In this document: positions 19,187 to 29,000 of the stretch, piece by piece
How positions within the stretch are numbered: position 1 is the stretch's first letter
Layout: each line of letters opens with the position of its first letter
IMG/VR virus record: IMGVR_UViG_3300003690_003506
Coordinates: 1-62,104 of that record
Source: a virus
Taxonomy: Duplodnaviria > Caudoviricetes
DNA: 62,104 nucleotides
Reading direction: 5' to 3' (one strand)
Translations under genes and position numbers: made by a program
Notes under the pieces: generated by a model
The model's database searches: none
Seen by the model: only the letters and a program-made list of their open reading frames with translations
What the model was told of the DNA's origin: nothing

Positions 19187-19842
19187 AAGAATTTGCAATT
19201 TTAATACCTGCCCGCGGCGGCTCTAAAAGAATACCAAATAAAAATATAGTTGAACTAGCTGGTCGCCCTTTGATTGAATACTCAATAGAAGAAAGCTTAA
19301 AAGTTACAAAAAATGTATACGTAAGCACAGATTGCCCCAATATTAAAAAAGTTTGCGACAAATATAAAGATGTAAAGATTGTTCATCGTCCTATGAAGTT
19401 AGCAGAAGATGATTCTACAACAAATTCAGTTATAGAACACTTTTTAGAAAATCATAAAGTTGGTATTTTTGCATTGGTACAAGCAACATCTCCGCTTTTA
19501 AAATCTTTTTATTTAAAGGAAGGATTTAATAAATTTAAAAAAGGCGTGTATGATACGGTTATATCAGCCAATAAAACTGTAGAGTTTTATTGGAGACAGG
19601 ACGGAACTCCATTAAATTTTGATTTGTCTAATAAAAAGAGGACACAGGATATAGAAGATTGGTTTGTTGAAAACGGAGCTTTTTATATAACGACCAAAGA
19701 TTCTTTTTATAAGAGAAACAACTTAATAGGTGATAAAGTAGCATTTATCGAGATGCCTAAAATTGATTCAATAGATATTGATAATTATGATGATCTTGAA
19801 ATGGCTGAATCAATAATCTTCTACAGAAAGGAGAAAGAGTGA
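19183..19842 (+). CDS. neuA: CMP-nonulosonate (acylneuraminate) cytidylyltransferase
   Basis: IPARGGSKRIPNKN, VSTD, QATSPL, ENGAFY and SIDID motifs. Confidence 0.93.
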   Translation: MKEFAILIPARGGSKRIPNKNIVELAGRPLIEYSIEESLKVTKNVYVSTDCPNIKKVCDKYKDVKIVHRPMKLAEDDSTTNSVIEHFLENHKVGIFALVQATSPLLKSFYLKEGFNKFKKGVYDTVISANKTVEFYWRQDGTPLNFDLSNKKRTQDIEDWFVENGAFYITTKDSFYKRNNLIGDKVAFIEMPKIDSIDIDNYDDLEMAESIIFYRKEKE

Positions 19843-20849
19843 AAAGAATTTTGGTCTGTGGCGCCGGCGGATTTATTGGCGGCGCTATGATAAAAAGGCT
19901 AAAAGCAGAGGGCCATTGGGTTCGAGGCGTCGATCGGAAGAAACACGAATTTTTTGAAGCCCGAGAGGTTGCTGATGAATTCATTATTGGCGATTTGCGA
20001 GATCCAGCTGTCTGTGACCAAGTTGTAACTGAAGATTTAGATGAAATTTATCAATTTGCGGCCGACATGGGGGGCGCCGGATTTGTGTTTACCGGCGAAA
20101 ATGATGCTGATATTATGCATAATTCGGCGATGATAAACCTCAATATTGCTGAACAGTGCGTAAAAAAGGGGGTCAATCGGATCTTTTACTCATCGTCGGC
20201 TTGTATGTACCCCCAACACAATCAGATGGATCCAGATAACCCCAATTGTACGGAAGATTCTGCATATCCAGCTCAGCCAGACTCAGAATATGGTTGGGAA
20301 AAGCTGTTTAGTGAGCGATTATGGTTCGCTTTTGCAAGAAATTATGATCTCACAGTTCGTGTTGCACGATATCACAACATCTTTGGGCCCGAGGGCACCT
20401 GGGACGGCGGTCGCGAGAAAGCTCCCGCAGCATTCTGTAGGAAGGTCGCTGTGGCCTCTGAGGGCGACGCTGTTGAGGTTTGGGGGGATGGCCTACAGAC
20501 GAGGTCCTTCCTCTATATTGACGAGTGTATAGAGGCTACCAGACGCCTTATGGACCATCCCACTTTTGAAGGCCCGGTAAATATTGGCTCCGAGGAGATG
20601 ATCGCGATCAATAAATTTGCTGAGATGGCAATTGACATTTCTGGTAAGAGTCTTACAATTGATAATATTGATGGGGAAAGATTTAAGACTAAATATGGAT
20701 TCCCCACACCAATTGGAGTTCGGGGACGCAATTCAGACAATGCGCTCATTCGTGAAAAACTCGGTTGGGATTACGAACAGCTGTTGCGCGTAGGAATGGA
20801 AAAGACCTATGCGTGGATATTACATCAAGTGGAGGCAATAAATGGCTAG
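19839..20849 (+). CDS. GDP-mannose 3,5-epimerase-like NAD-dependent epimerase
   Basis: GAGGFIG, AADMGG.GF, SSSACMYP, YGWEKLFSE, REKAPAAFCRK and GVRGRNSDN, the GME signature set. Confidence 0.88.
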   Translation: MKRILVCGAGGFIGGAMIKRLKAEGHWVRGVDRKKHEFFEAREVADEFIIGDLRDPAVCDQVVTEDLDEIYQFAADMGGAGFVFTGENDADIMHNSAMINLNIAEQCVKKGVNRIFYSSSACMYPQHNQMDPDNPNCTEDSAYPAQPDSEYGWEKLFSERLWFAFARNYDLTVRVARYHNIFGPEGTWDGGREKAPAAFCRKVAVASEGDAVEVWGDGLQTRSFLYIDECIEATRRLMDHPTFEGPVNIGSEEMIAINKFAEMAIDISGKSLTIDNIDGERFKTKYGFPTPIGVRGRNSDNALIREKLGWDYEQLLRVGMEKTYAWILHQVEAING

Positions 20850-21714
20850 GTGCTTGGTTACAGGTCATAAAGGGTATATAGGATCAAAACTTTTTAGAGA
20901 GTTGGAAAATCTGGGGCACGAGGTTGTGGGAATCGATCTTGCTAGCCCGATACCGCATGATATCTGTCGTTTTTTAGAGGAAACCGGCGACGGCACATTT
21001 CATCCGTATTACCAGAACTTTCAACCCGAGTATATTTTTCATTTGGCGTGTTGGCCGAGAATTGGTTTATGTCTGGAAAAACCAGTTGAAACTATGCGTA
21101 ACAATGTATTGGCCGGTAGTATTGTGTTAAATTTTGCTAGAAAATGTAAATCTGTTAAAAGGGTGATATATTCATCTTCATCCTCTATTGTGGGTAACGG
21201 CGATGGTCCAACAAATCCGTATGCCCTTCAGAAGCTAATTACCGAAAAAGAGTGCGGTATATATTCAAGTGTTTACGGTCTGGATACTGTTTGCTTAAGA
21301 TATTTTAATGTTTATTCAGAAGATCAAAAGGCAGACGGACCCTACGCCACAGCTATAGCAAATTGGCGAAGAGCTCTGACAGAAGGCGACAAACCCTTTA
21401 TCACGGGCGATGGAGAACAAAGAAGAGATATGGTCCATGTAAGTGATGTGGTCTCGGCTAATATATTTGCTATGAACTATAGTAAAGATTTTAATGGCCA
21501 GCACTATGATGTGGGTACCGGCGAAAATATATCTTTAAATGAAATTAAAGATATTGTTCAGAAGCATCATAACATAAAATTTAACTATATTCCACGCCGC
21601 CCCGGAGAAGTCTTGAGTACCTGTGCAGATATAAATGGTTTGAAGAAATTAGGCTGGGTGGCTGCTACCACTATAGGGGAAGGAATTAATAGTTGTTTTA
21701 AACAAGAAAATTAA
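20842..21714 (+). CDS. NAD-dependent epimerase/dehydratase (extended SDR)
   Basis: VTGHKGYIGS, SSSS, PYALQK, LRYFNVY and GDGEQRRD motifs. Confidence 0.9.
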   Translation: MARCLVTGHKGYIGSKLFRELENLGHEVVGIDLASPIPHDICRFLEETGDGTFHPYYQNFQPEYIFHLACWPRIGLCLEKPVETMRNNVLAGSIVLNFARKCKSVKRVIYSSSSSIVGNGDGPTNPYALQKLITEKECGIYSSVYGLDTVCLRYFNVYSEDQKADGPYATAIANWRRALTEGDKPFITGDGEQRRDMVHVSDVVSANIFAMNYSKDFNGQHYDVGTGENISLNEIKDIVQKHHNIKFNYIPRRPGEVLSTCADINGLKKLGWVAATTIGEGINSCFKQEN

Positions 21715-21729
21715 AAAGGAGAAATTAAA

Positions 21730-21948
21730 ATGAAATTATCAAATCAAGCAATGGGGGCCCTTATGATGGCTCTCCAGAAGTCATTAATGGAGCAAAGTGA
21801 TATTCTCCCGTTATTGGCTGAAATGAATTTTGAGAAGGCGCCAACCGCAAAGCGATGGGGAACCAAGAATGGAGAATTAATTGTTAATAATCCTCCGGTG
21901 GTTTCACTTGCCGGCGTGGCGCCATCATTTACTATAGAAGAAGAATAA
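21730..21948 (+). CDS. Hypothetical protein
   Basis: 72-aa ORF with AGGAG RBS upstream. Confidence 0.7.
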   Translation: MKLSNQAMGALMMALQKSLMEQSDILPLLAEMNFEKAPTAKRWGTKNGELIVNNPPVVSLAGVAPSFTIEEE

Positions 21949-21963
21949 GGAAAGGAGAGAAAA

Positions 21964-22125
21964 ATGACAAATCAAAAAAAAGTAGCAAGTGAAGCAAGAA
22001 TTGTTGAAATAGTTGACAATTTACTTCGTAAAGCTTTCCGTGATCAGGCACGAGATTTAGAGAAACACCTTAATGATATTGACAAGCGATTGTCTGCATT
22101 AGAAGACAAGACTAAACGTGCCTAG
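21964..22125 (+). CDS. Small coiled-coil hypothetical protein (53 aa, absent from the ORF track)
   Basis: AGGAG RBS; reads MTNQKKVASEARIVEIVDNLLRKAFRDQARDLEKHLNDIDKRLSALEDKTKRA; fills the intergenic gap. Confidence 0.7.
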   Translation: MTNQKKVASEARIVEIVDNLLRKAFRDQARDLEKHLNDIDKRLSALEDKTKRA

Positions 22126-22369
22126 ATATGTATACCGATGTAAAGAGTGCGATGAACTATCAGTAATTTCACATTTATCTGACGAAACAATTACAGAATG
22201 TCCCGAATGTGCCAAGTCTGATGTGTTGGTTAAAGTATTAACGTCGTTTACTACGACAAATAAAAATATATCGAATAAAACAAAAGTTGGTCAAATAACT
22301 GAAGAATTTATCCAAGACGCGCGTCAAGAATTGAGCCAACAAAAGGATGAATTGGACAAAAATAGATGA
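22118..22369 (+). CDS. FmdB-family zinc-ribbon protein
   Basis: MPRYVYRCKEC...CPEC pattern. Confidence 0.8.
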   Translation: MPRYVYRCKECDELSVISHLSDETITECPECAKSDVLVKVLTSFTTTNKNISNKTKVGQITEEFIQDARQELSQQKDELDKNR

Positions 22370-22692
22370 CACTGTATATTATAATATCGGCGTCAATCAT
22401 TCTTAACCTATTGTTATTTTGGTATGTAATTAGATTATTAAGAAAATTTCTTTTTATATCGGAAACGATCTCCGATCTGTATCTTACAACAAGATCTTTT
22501 CAAGTATTTGCGCGTTCTTTATATAGTATGGATACATATCACGGTGAACCGATGATCCAGGAACTTGTATTCAAAATAAAAGAAGTTATTGAAGAAGTAG
22601 AAAATTTTAGAGACGTATTTGAATACACATTAGATGAAGAAATAGAGGAAGAACTTAATGCCACTGAAGAAGAAGCGACGAGCACGCACTAA
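22366..22692 (+). CDS. Hypothetical protein with N-terminal transmembrane helix
   Basis: Hydrophobic residues ~3-22 followed by RLLRK; acidic C-terminus. Confidence 0.65.
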   Translation: MTLYIIISASIILNLLLFWYVIRLLRKFLFISETISDLYLTTRSFQVFARSLYSMDTYHGEPMIQELVFKIKEVIEEVENFRDVFEYTLDEEIEEELNATEEEATSTH

Positions 22693-23356
22693 AAATTATT
22701 ATTTTACACAAGTACACGAAGATGCAATTGTAAAATATGCCGCTACCAACGATCTAGGTTTAAGAACACATTTATATATTGAATATATACAGCCCGCCTT
22801 TGATCAAATGGTTGATAAAATAATTTATACTTATCGATTTACAACCCTTCCAAATATTGATTATTTAAAAGACGACTGCAAGGTGTGGCTTACCACTATA
22901 TTAAACAAATACGATCCCAATAAAGGCTCAAAGGCCTTTTCATATTTTTCTGTTGTTACAAAAAATTGGTTTATTCACAAGGTGAAAAGAACCCAAAAGC
23001 GTAATGCAACAGAAGTGTTTATGGAAGATATGCTTAATCAGCTTGAAGAAGATTTGATATCAGCAGAACCAACTTATGAACAAAAAAGAACTGATTTAGA
23101 ATTTTGGGAATCGTTAAATGGGGAGATTGATACCTGGAATTCTTTCATGCTTAAAGAAAATGAAAAAAAAGTTCTTATGGCAGTCCGCATTTTACTAGAT
23201 TCAGCCGATACAATTGAAATTTTTAATAAAAAAGCTATTTACTTATATCTACGAGAGATTACTGGACTCAACACAAAACAGGTTGTTAATAACTTAAATA
23301 AATTAAGAAAAAGATATAAGGTATTTAAAAACAAATGGGAAAACGGCGAAATTTAA
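22658..23356 (+). CDS. Phage RNA polymerase sigma factor (T4 gp55-like)
   Basis: NYYF near the N-terminus, region-2-like KYDPNKGSKAFSYFSVVTKNWF, and a C-terminal HTH-like LREITGLNTKQV. Confidence 0.65.
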   Translation: MPLKKKRRARTKNYYFTQVHEDAIVKYAATNDLGLRTHLYIEYIQPAFDQMVDKIIYTYRFTTLPNIDYLKDDCKVWLTTILNKYDPNKGSKAFSYFSVVTKNWFIHKVKRTQKRNATEVFMEDMLNQLEEDLISAEPTYEQKRTDLEFWESLNGEIDTWNSFMLKENEKKVLMAVRILLDSADTIEIFNKKAIYLYLREITGLNTKQVVNNLNKLRKRYKVFKNKWENGEI

Positions 23357-23646
23357 ATTTAGATGATTATATAGAAGAGGCGACCACTAATATTCGTGAA
23401 GACCGAGCTATGGCTAAGTCTCTTTTAATGGATGCAATCAGTGATATGAAGTTATCTGATTCAGCCCGCAAGGAACTCGGACCAATTGCGGCAAAATATG
23501 TAGAAAATTTGCAGCGCTCAAACGAACAAATGGTTAAGTTGGGCGCGCTTCTTCAAAAACAGAAATCACAGCAATTTGGATTGTCACCCGATGATAAAGA
23601 ACAATTATTTGATCTTCTAAACGAAGGGACCCCGATCGATGACTGA
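23335..23646 (+). CDS. Hypothetical helical protein
   Basis: 103-aa ORF overlapping both neighbours. Confidence 0.7.
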   Translation: MGKRRNLNLDDYIEEATTNIREDRAMAKSLLMDAISDMKLSDSARKELGPIAAKYVENLQRSNEQMVKLGALLQKQKSQQFGLSPDDKEQLFDLLNEGTPIDD

Positions 23647-24910
23647 AACATTTCGCACCGCCGGCGGCCTTCCATTGGAAGACTTCTTTGAACACAGGCC
23701 CATAGAAGATGAAAACTTGGTTCCGGCAGTCGACCCTCGACGTGATAATACTACAACACAACTGCGCACTGCCTTACACGCGCTGAGAACGCCAAAAGAC
23801 GGGTTTGTTTACGAAGGTGTTGTTATTAATGTTTATCCTTCAAATACGGCTGCCTATGTGAAAAGAGGGCAAGCCTTGAATATGAAAGCAATCACAAGAA
23901 ATCTGATGAACCCACAAAGCAATTTTAAACTTCCTATTGACACTGAACCATCTATCAATGTATATAAGGTTTTTATGAGAGGAGATGCAAAGCCATTTCC
24001 GTGTGGCCCAAACGATCCTATTATATATACTTATCCGGAGATTCTTGCTCATGAAAGTCTCCGAGACAAAGAACCATTTTCAGTTGGAACCATCGTTGAA
24101 CTCGACGATAAAAAGCAATCAACCATAGTTAATTTTTATCCTGGCGCGGTTCCCATTCAATGGAAAGATAAATCTAACAAGAGGTCTCTGTTTAAAAATA
24201 AGACGCCTGTTACGGTCGACGCCGTAGTTGACCGGCCTGCTACTGGTACTCGCGCCGCTCGCAGGGAAGCCTCGCGCGCCGCCGCCCGCGCAGCCGCTCT
24301 CGCCGCGAAATCTGGCATTCGAAAACAAATATTTGAAGAGAATAATTATACTTTGAAGCTTAGGCATAATCATACCGGCGTGAGATCAAATGCTATTCTT
24401 AATAAAACACATCAAGTAGCTTTGAAAGCCAAACATCAAAGTAAAATCAAATCTGTAACGAGGGAAATGAGAATGCGAGTAAAGACCCTAGAAAAGATTT
24501 TCTTGAAAGAAGGCGGCACATTTGACCCTTATGCCATAAATAATAATACAAATGCGACAGGGTTGATTCAGTGGATGCCATCCACAGCCCGGGCCTTCGG
24601 GATCACCACCGATGAGTTACTGAAGAAGGGGCCAGACTTTCAGCTAGATCAGGTACTGAAATATTTTAAAAAGAATAAGGCGCAGAGACCTAGCAGTAAC
24701 TGGGAAGAGGTAGACTGGTATTTCATTGTTTTTTATCCGAGTGCCATTGGAAAGAAAGACGACTATGTGATCGGGTACACCGGTAAGACTAATGCCGAGA
24801 GAGCCGAGAGAGCAACGTACACCGCCTCCGTTAATAAGGGATACATAGATCCACACCATCCTCGCGGATGGATCACGCGCCGCTCAGTGAGAGCGGCATG
24901 GATGAGGTGA
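23639..24910 (+). CDS. Putative baseplate hub protein with C-terminal lytic transglycosylase/lysozyme-like domain
   Basis: KEGG.FDPYAIN...ATGLIQWMPSTA...QLDQVLKYF...YFIVFYP; sits at the start of the baseplate module. Confidence 0.7.
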   Translation: MTETFRTAGGLPLEDFFEHRPIEDENLVPAVDPRRDNTTTQLRTALHALRTPKDGFVYEGVVINVYPSNTAAYVKRGQALNMKAITRNLMNPQSNFKLPIDTEPSINVYKVFMRGDAKPFPCGPNDPIIYTYPEILAHESLRDKEPFSVGTIVELDDKKQSTIVNFYPGAVPIQWKDKSNKRSLFKNKTPVTVDAVVDRPATGTRAARREASRAAARAAALAAKSGIRKQIFEENNYTLKLRHNHTGVRSNAILNKTHQVALKAKHQSKIKSVTREMRMRVKTLEKIFLKEGGTFDPYAINNNTNATGLIQWMPSTARAFGITTDELLKKGPDFQLDQVLKYFKKNKAQRPSSNWEEVDWYFIVFYPSAIGKKDDYVIGYTGKTNAERAERATYTASVNKGYIDPHHPRGWITRRSVRAAWMR

Positions 24911-24936
24911 CGTCATGAGGAAGGTATAAATAAAGA

Positions 24937-26001
24937 ATGGGCGGAAAAAGAAATAATAAACTAATCGATACACAGCTGATGTCAGATCGAGATAAGGCTG
25001 TCTACGACGCGCTCCCGGCTGATGAAAAGTTAATTTGGCTCGGCTTTGGCATAGGCGAACGACGCAATTTTGATGTGCCTGAATTTAATAAGTTGCCTTG
25101 GGAACAGGTTCACCAGAAAGGAAATGCTTTTATAACCTTAGGATTGGATCGAAACGGCGACGAGACTTCTGGTTTTGGGGCCCAAGGCGCTACACATTGT
25201 GGTGCAGTGGATATCGTCGCCGGCCGCAAAGGGTATCTCGCACGCAAACGAAGAAAAAGGAGTGGCACTATTAGAATTGTGGATAATGATTTTGTTCTTG
25301 ACGCCGCGCGCCTATATCTTAGTCAAAGAGCTGATCCTGATGGGTATTTCCGAATAATGCCAGGGAATGTGGGAAATACAAGCGACGAGGAGCCTCGTTC
25401 TGCTGCCGTACTTAAAGCAGATGCTGTAAGAATTGTCGGACGTGAAAACATTAAATTAGTAACAAGAACAGATATAATGAATTCTCAGGGAGGAATATTA
25501 ACAAATATGATTAAGGGTTCATATGGCATTGATTTAATGGCAATGAATGGTGCTGGGGGCCAGCAGCCCCTAGTAAAGGGCGATAACCTTGTGGAGCTGT
25601 TAACCGTTTTGATCCAGCTTATTCAGCAGCTGGCGTCGACATTCACAACGTATGTGTCAGAAACCAGAAAGTTTCAGACTGCCTTAATAACGCATGATCA
25701 TTTGGCTCCATTTTTTGGTAATATGACTGCTCCAGATTTCCGAAACAACATTCCCACAGGGATAAACACCTTGATTAATAATGTCTGCAATGTTGATGTA
25801 GGAGCCCGTACCACCCAACTGGCCCTCAATCAGCTGATATTTGAATATTTGAGCTCTCCCGGCGGCGCCGAATTTGGTGAAAGCGGCGGCGGCGTTGGGA
25901 ATCATGGACATGTGGATGATGAAGGTGAGCCCGGGCATAAACACCAACTGAGCCCCGGCCCCACCAGAAATATATTAAGTATTTACAATAGTACTAACTA
26001 A
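24937..26001 (+). CDS. Putative baseplate central spike protein
   Basis: Beta-strand-like DAARLYLSQ and LKADAVRIVGRENIKLVT, QPLVKGDNL, and a THDH (HxH) motif. Confidence 0.5.
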   Translation: MGGKRNNKLIDTQLMSDRDKAVYDALPADEKLIWLGFGIGERRNFDVPEFNKLPWEQVHQKGNAFITLGLDRNGDETSGFGAQGATHCGAVDIVAGRKGYLARKRRKRSGTIRIVDNDFVLDAARLYLSQRADPDGYFRIMPGNVGNTSDEEPRSAAVLKADAVRIVGRENIKLVTRTDIMNSQGGILTNMIKGSYGIDLMAMNGAGGQQPLVKGDNLVELLTVLIQLIQQLASTFTTYVSETRKFQTALITHDHLAPFFGNMTAPDFRNNIPTGINTLINNVCNVDVGARTTQLALNQLIFEYLSSPGGAEFGESGGGVGNHGHVDDEGEPGHKHQLSPGPTRNILSIYNSTN

Positions 26002-26013
26002 TGGACAACGATA

Positions 26014-29000
26014 ATGTCTAGCCCATCTGATTATTTTTTAAGCGGTCACGTTGCTAATAAAACCGGGTTTCGGTCTAAAAAGCGGAATATTCCATTTTAT
26101 AATCCTCACGACGAGACAATAAAAGTAAAAATAACTTATGATGAGTTTGCAGATCCTCAAGATTTTCTTGGCAAAGTTAACGGGGTTACAAACAAGCTAG
26201 TAAATCGCTTTATTCTACATTATTATCCTGAATTTTATCCGTACTTACAGGACGCGAGTTACACGTCAGGCATTGCAATTTTGGATGATGCCTTCACCGA
26301 CATAAAGAGAATGTTTAAAGAGTCTCTAGAAGCTGGCAGCTTAATATACTATGTACCACATGACCCTTATTTAAAATCACAGAATAAACATATGGTTTTG
26401 GGAAGCATTTCATCCTTTACATATGATTTGCTGCCTTGTGATGTTCGCACTCTGAAGAAAAGATCTCTGCTAGCTTTCACAGCTAGAATTTATGCAAAAA
26501 TTCAAGTAATGACGGTACCGGCCCCGGGCGACACACTAACTTTTACTACTCGGTCACCTCTGGAAATAAGAGAACTATTGGAATTGGCAAACAGAATGCC
26601 CAGTTGGGATTCGGCCTTGTCTCTTTTTAATCAGGATCAAAAGATAACTAATCCAAATGATCAAACAACAATAGTAATCGGTGGGTTGATGGAAAATAAT
26701 AACCTTATGAACGATGGTTTATCATCTTTCCAATCAGAAATAGCAGGATTTGGGGGGTTGTTCCCCCTACCTATTGATTTTAATGCAATCCAGAAAAGCA
26801 TGATGTTCATTCTTAATGTGACAATTTTAAAATCTATTGTAGAAGAACTGACTGATATTGGTGTCAAAGGCTACACCGGCCGTTCTAAATTTACGGAATT
26901 TGGAGATGCTGACTCAATTACTATATATTTTGGTAAAAAAAGACGTCCTGGTCCTCCACCGCTCCCGTCGGAAACTGCCATTGGTCGGATTACTTATGTT
27001 GTAAACGAAGAGGGCCCCGAAGAAAATGTTTTAAAGACCGGTTATATGACAAATGTCAAATATAACAAAGAATTTCAAGACCCACTGACTCTCTCCACCC
27101 TTAAAAACTATGAATATCTACTTCAACGTATGCGTCTAGCTGCCATTGATCCCAATGGCCCTCCGTTTTCGTTTACAGAGTTTATAACTGATTCCTCTGG
27201 AGATTTTGGATTACCGGCGGATTTTACGCTGGATGAGTTACCAGCACCAGCCCCACCGGTAAAAAATGCATTCCTTAAGCAAGCGGTAGAGATGGGGTTA
27301 GTCGACCTTAAGGATACACAGGCTCTAGAAAAAGGTTTTGTTGAATCTATGTCTCCGGCCGAGATGAAGAAACTAAGACAGCAAGTAAGACAAAATCCAG
27401 AAATTTTTAAAAAGGTTTTTGAAGCCAACAAAGCAAAAGCACTCAAGACAGGGCAAAACGTTGCAAAAGGGATAGCAGCCGTTTTAAATGGCGACATCCC
27501 GGGCGGTAAAAAGAATAAAAAAGCAGCTTTATTATTGAGATCTCTTGGAATCGACGAAATAGCCAAAGAAGCTATGATCTGTGCCACTTTGGGGATGGCG
27601 CCCTCGATGGCCAGAATTGCCCAGGCCGCCGCAAATGCGATGCAGACAGTTGGTCAACGCAATCTTCCGTCGCCGGGGATGCAGATAAATATCCAGCCGT
27701 ATGAAGTCCCTGATCACCCGGACTCGGCCGTCAAAATACCACCGATCGATATTAAAAAGATTTTTAAGACTTTTACTATTGATGGAGATATGTGGAAAGA
27801 GATATTAAAAATTATGCTCGACAGTCTCCAGGAAATGGTTATGGAAATTGTTAAGGGCCTCGCCGAGCTACTGAAGGATTTGTGTGAATTAGCTAATCCC
27901 TTTGCCTCAGACTTCGGTGAAAATGATCTTGCAGACTTGGTCCAAGACAATCTAACCGACGATGCTGCGAATCTTCCAAATATTTCTAATCCGTCCGCAT
28001 TGGATCAATTGTTTGAAAGAGATAACATGACTTTTGACGACGTCATGAAATATTTCAGAGATTTATCGGCAATACTAAGTTCAATGGAAATTTGCTTTTT
28101 GTTTACGGATCGTGATGAAGTTTCGTATGATACGATGGAAAAAATATTGGACTTTAATGCAGCATATGGAGATGTGCATATTAGAAATACTCTTAATAAT
28201 TATGGAGCGGTGATGGGATTTTTTGCGAATCTATCGCGCTTTGTTGATTTTTCAGATTTTTGTAATAAGATAGCCAGCGACTTAGTCCATTTGAATCATG
28301 ATAATCTTTGTTTATTGGAGGTAAAAGCTCCAGATGCTATAGCTGATATCTTGAGTAATATAGCAGATGGTATCAAACTTGATCAGCCAAAGATTAATTT
28401 AGATTGTCCTTTGCGCCCGGGTTTTATCAAAAATCCTTTGGTCAGCGATACAATACCAGATTTGATAAATACAATTGTAAGAGTGGTTGAAATGGAGTTT
28501 ACCAATTCTATTAGTTCGGTCACTCAGATTCTTAAAGAGCCGACAATTGTTACGAACAAGGATGCGGATGGAAATATAGATCCGGCTATGAAAAAAATCA
28601 TGGACGCGCTGGCGGCTGTCCGCGACGGCGATGAGGATCCCTATTCCGAAGTGCGCAAGCCCCCGACTGACGCCACAAAGGCCGTTTTAACGAAAATCAA
28701 AGAAGCCTTTGCTGAGATCCCACTCATGGATACTAGCAACCTCCAGGAGACGTGTAATATTGACCTGACACAGGCCTTTGGAGTCGAAGTAGGTGCCGTA
28801 CAAGGTGTCTTGAATATGATTATTACCATCCTTGATGAACTTCTATCGGATCCAGAATTTTTATCAGCAATAGGCGATCTTGAGGATATGCTCGGCCGTA
28901 TGAGCGGCGACCCCGACGATTCCGCCGCACCACCAGTAACAGCAACAAAAACCTTTCAGTTCCCCAGGAAATATAAGAATGAGTTTACGAATTATATGGG

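Noticed and set aside
288-21714. Bacterial capsule/O-antigen locus or prophage-host junction
   Set aside because: No wzx, wzy, wzz or ABC exporter and no integrase. The cluster is flanked by phage-type genes and shares strand, gene packing and GCCGGC bias with them.
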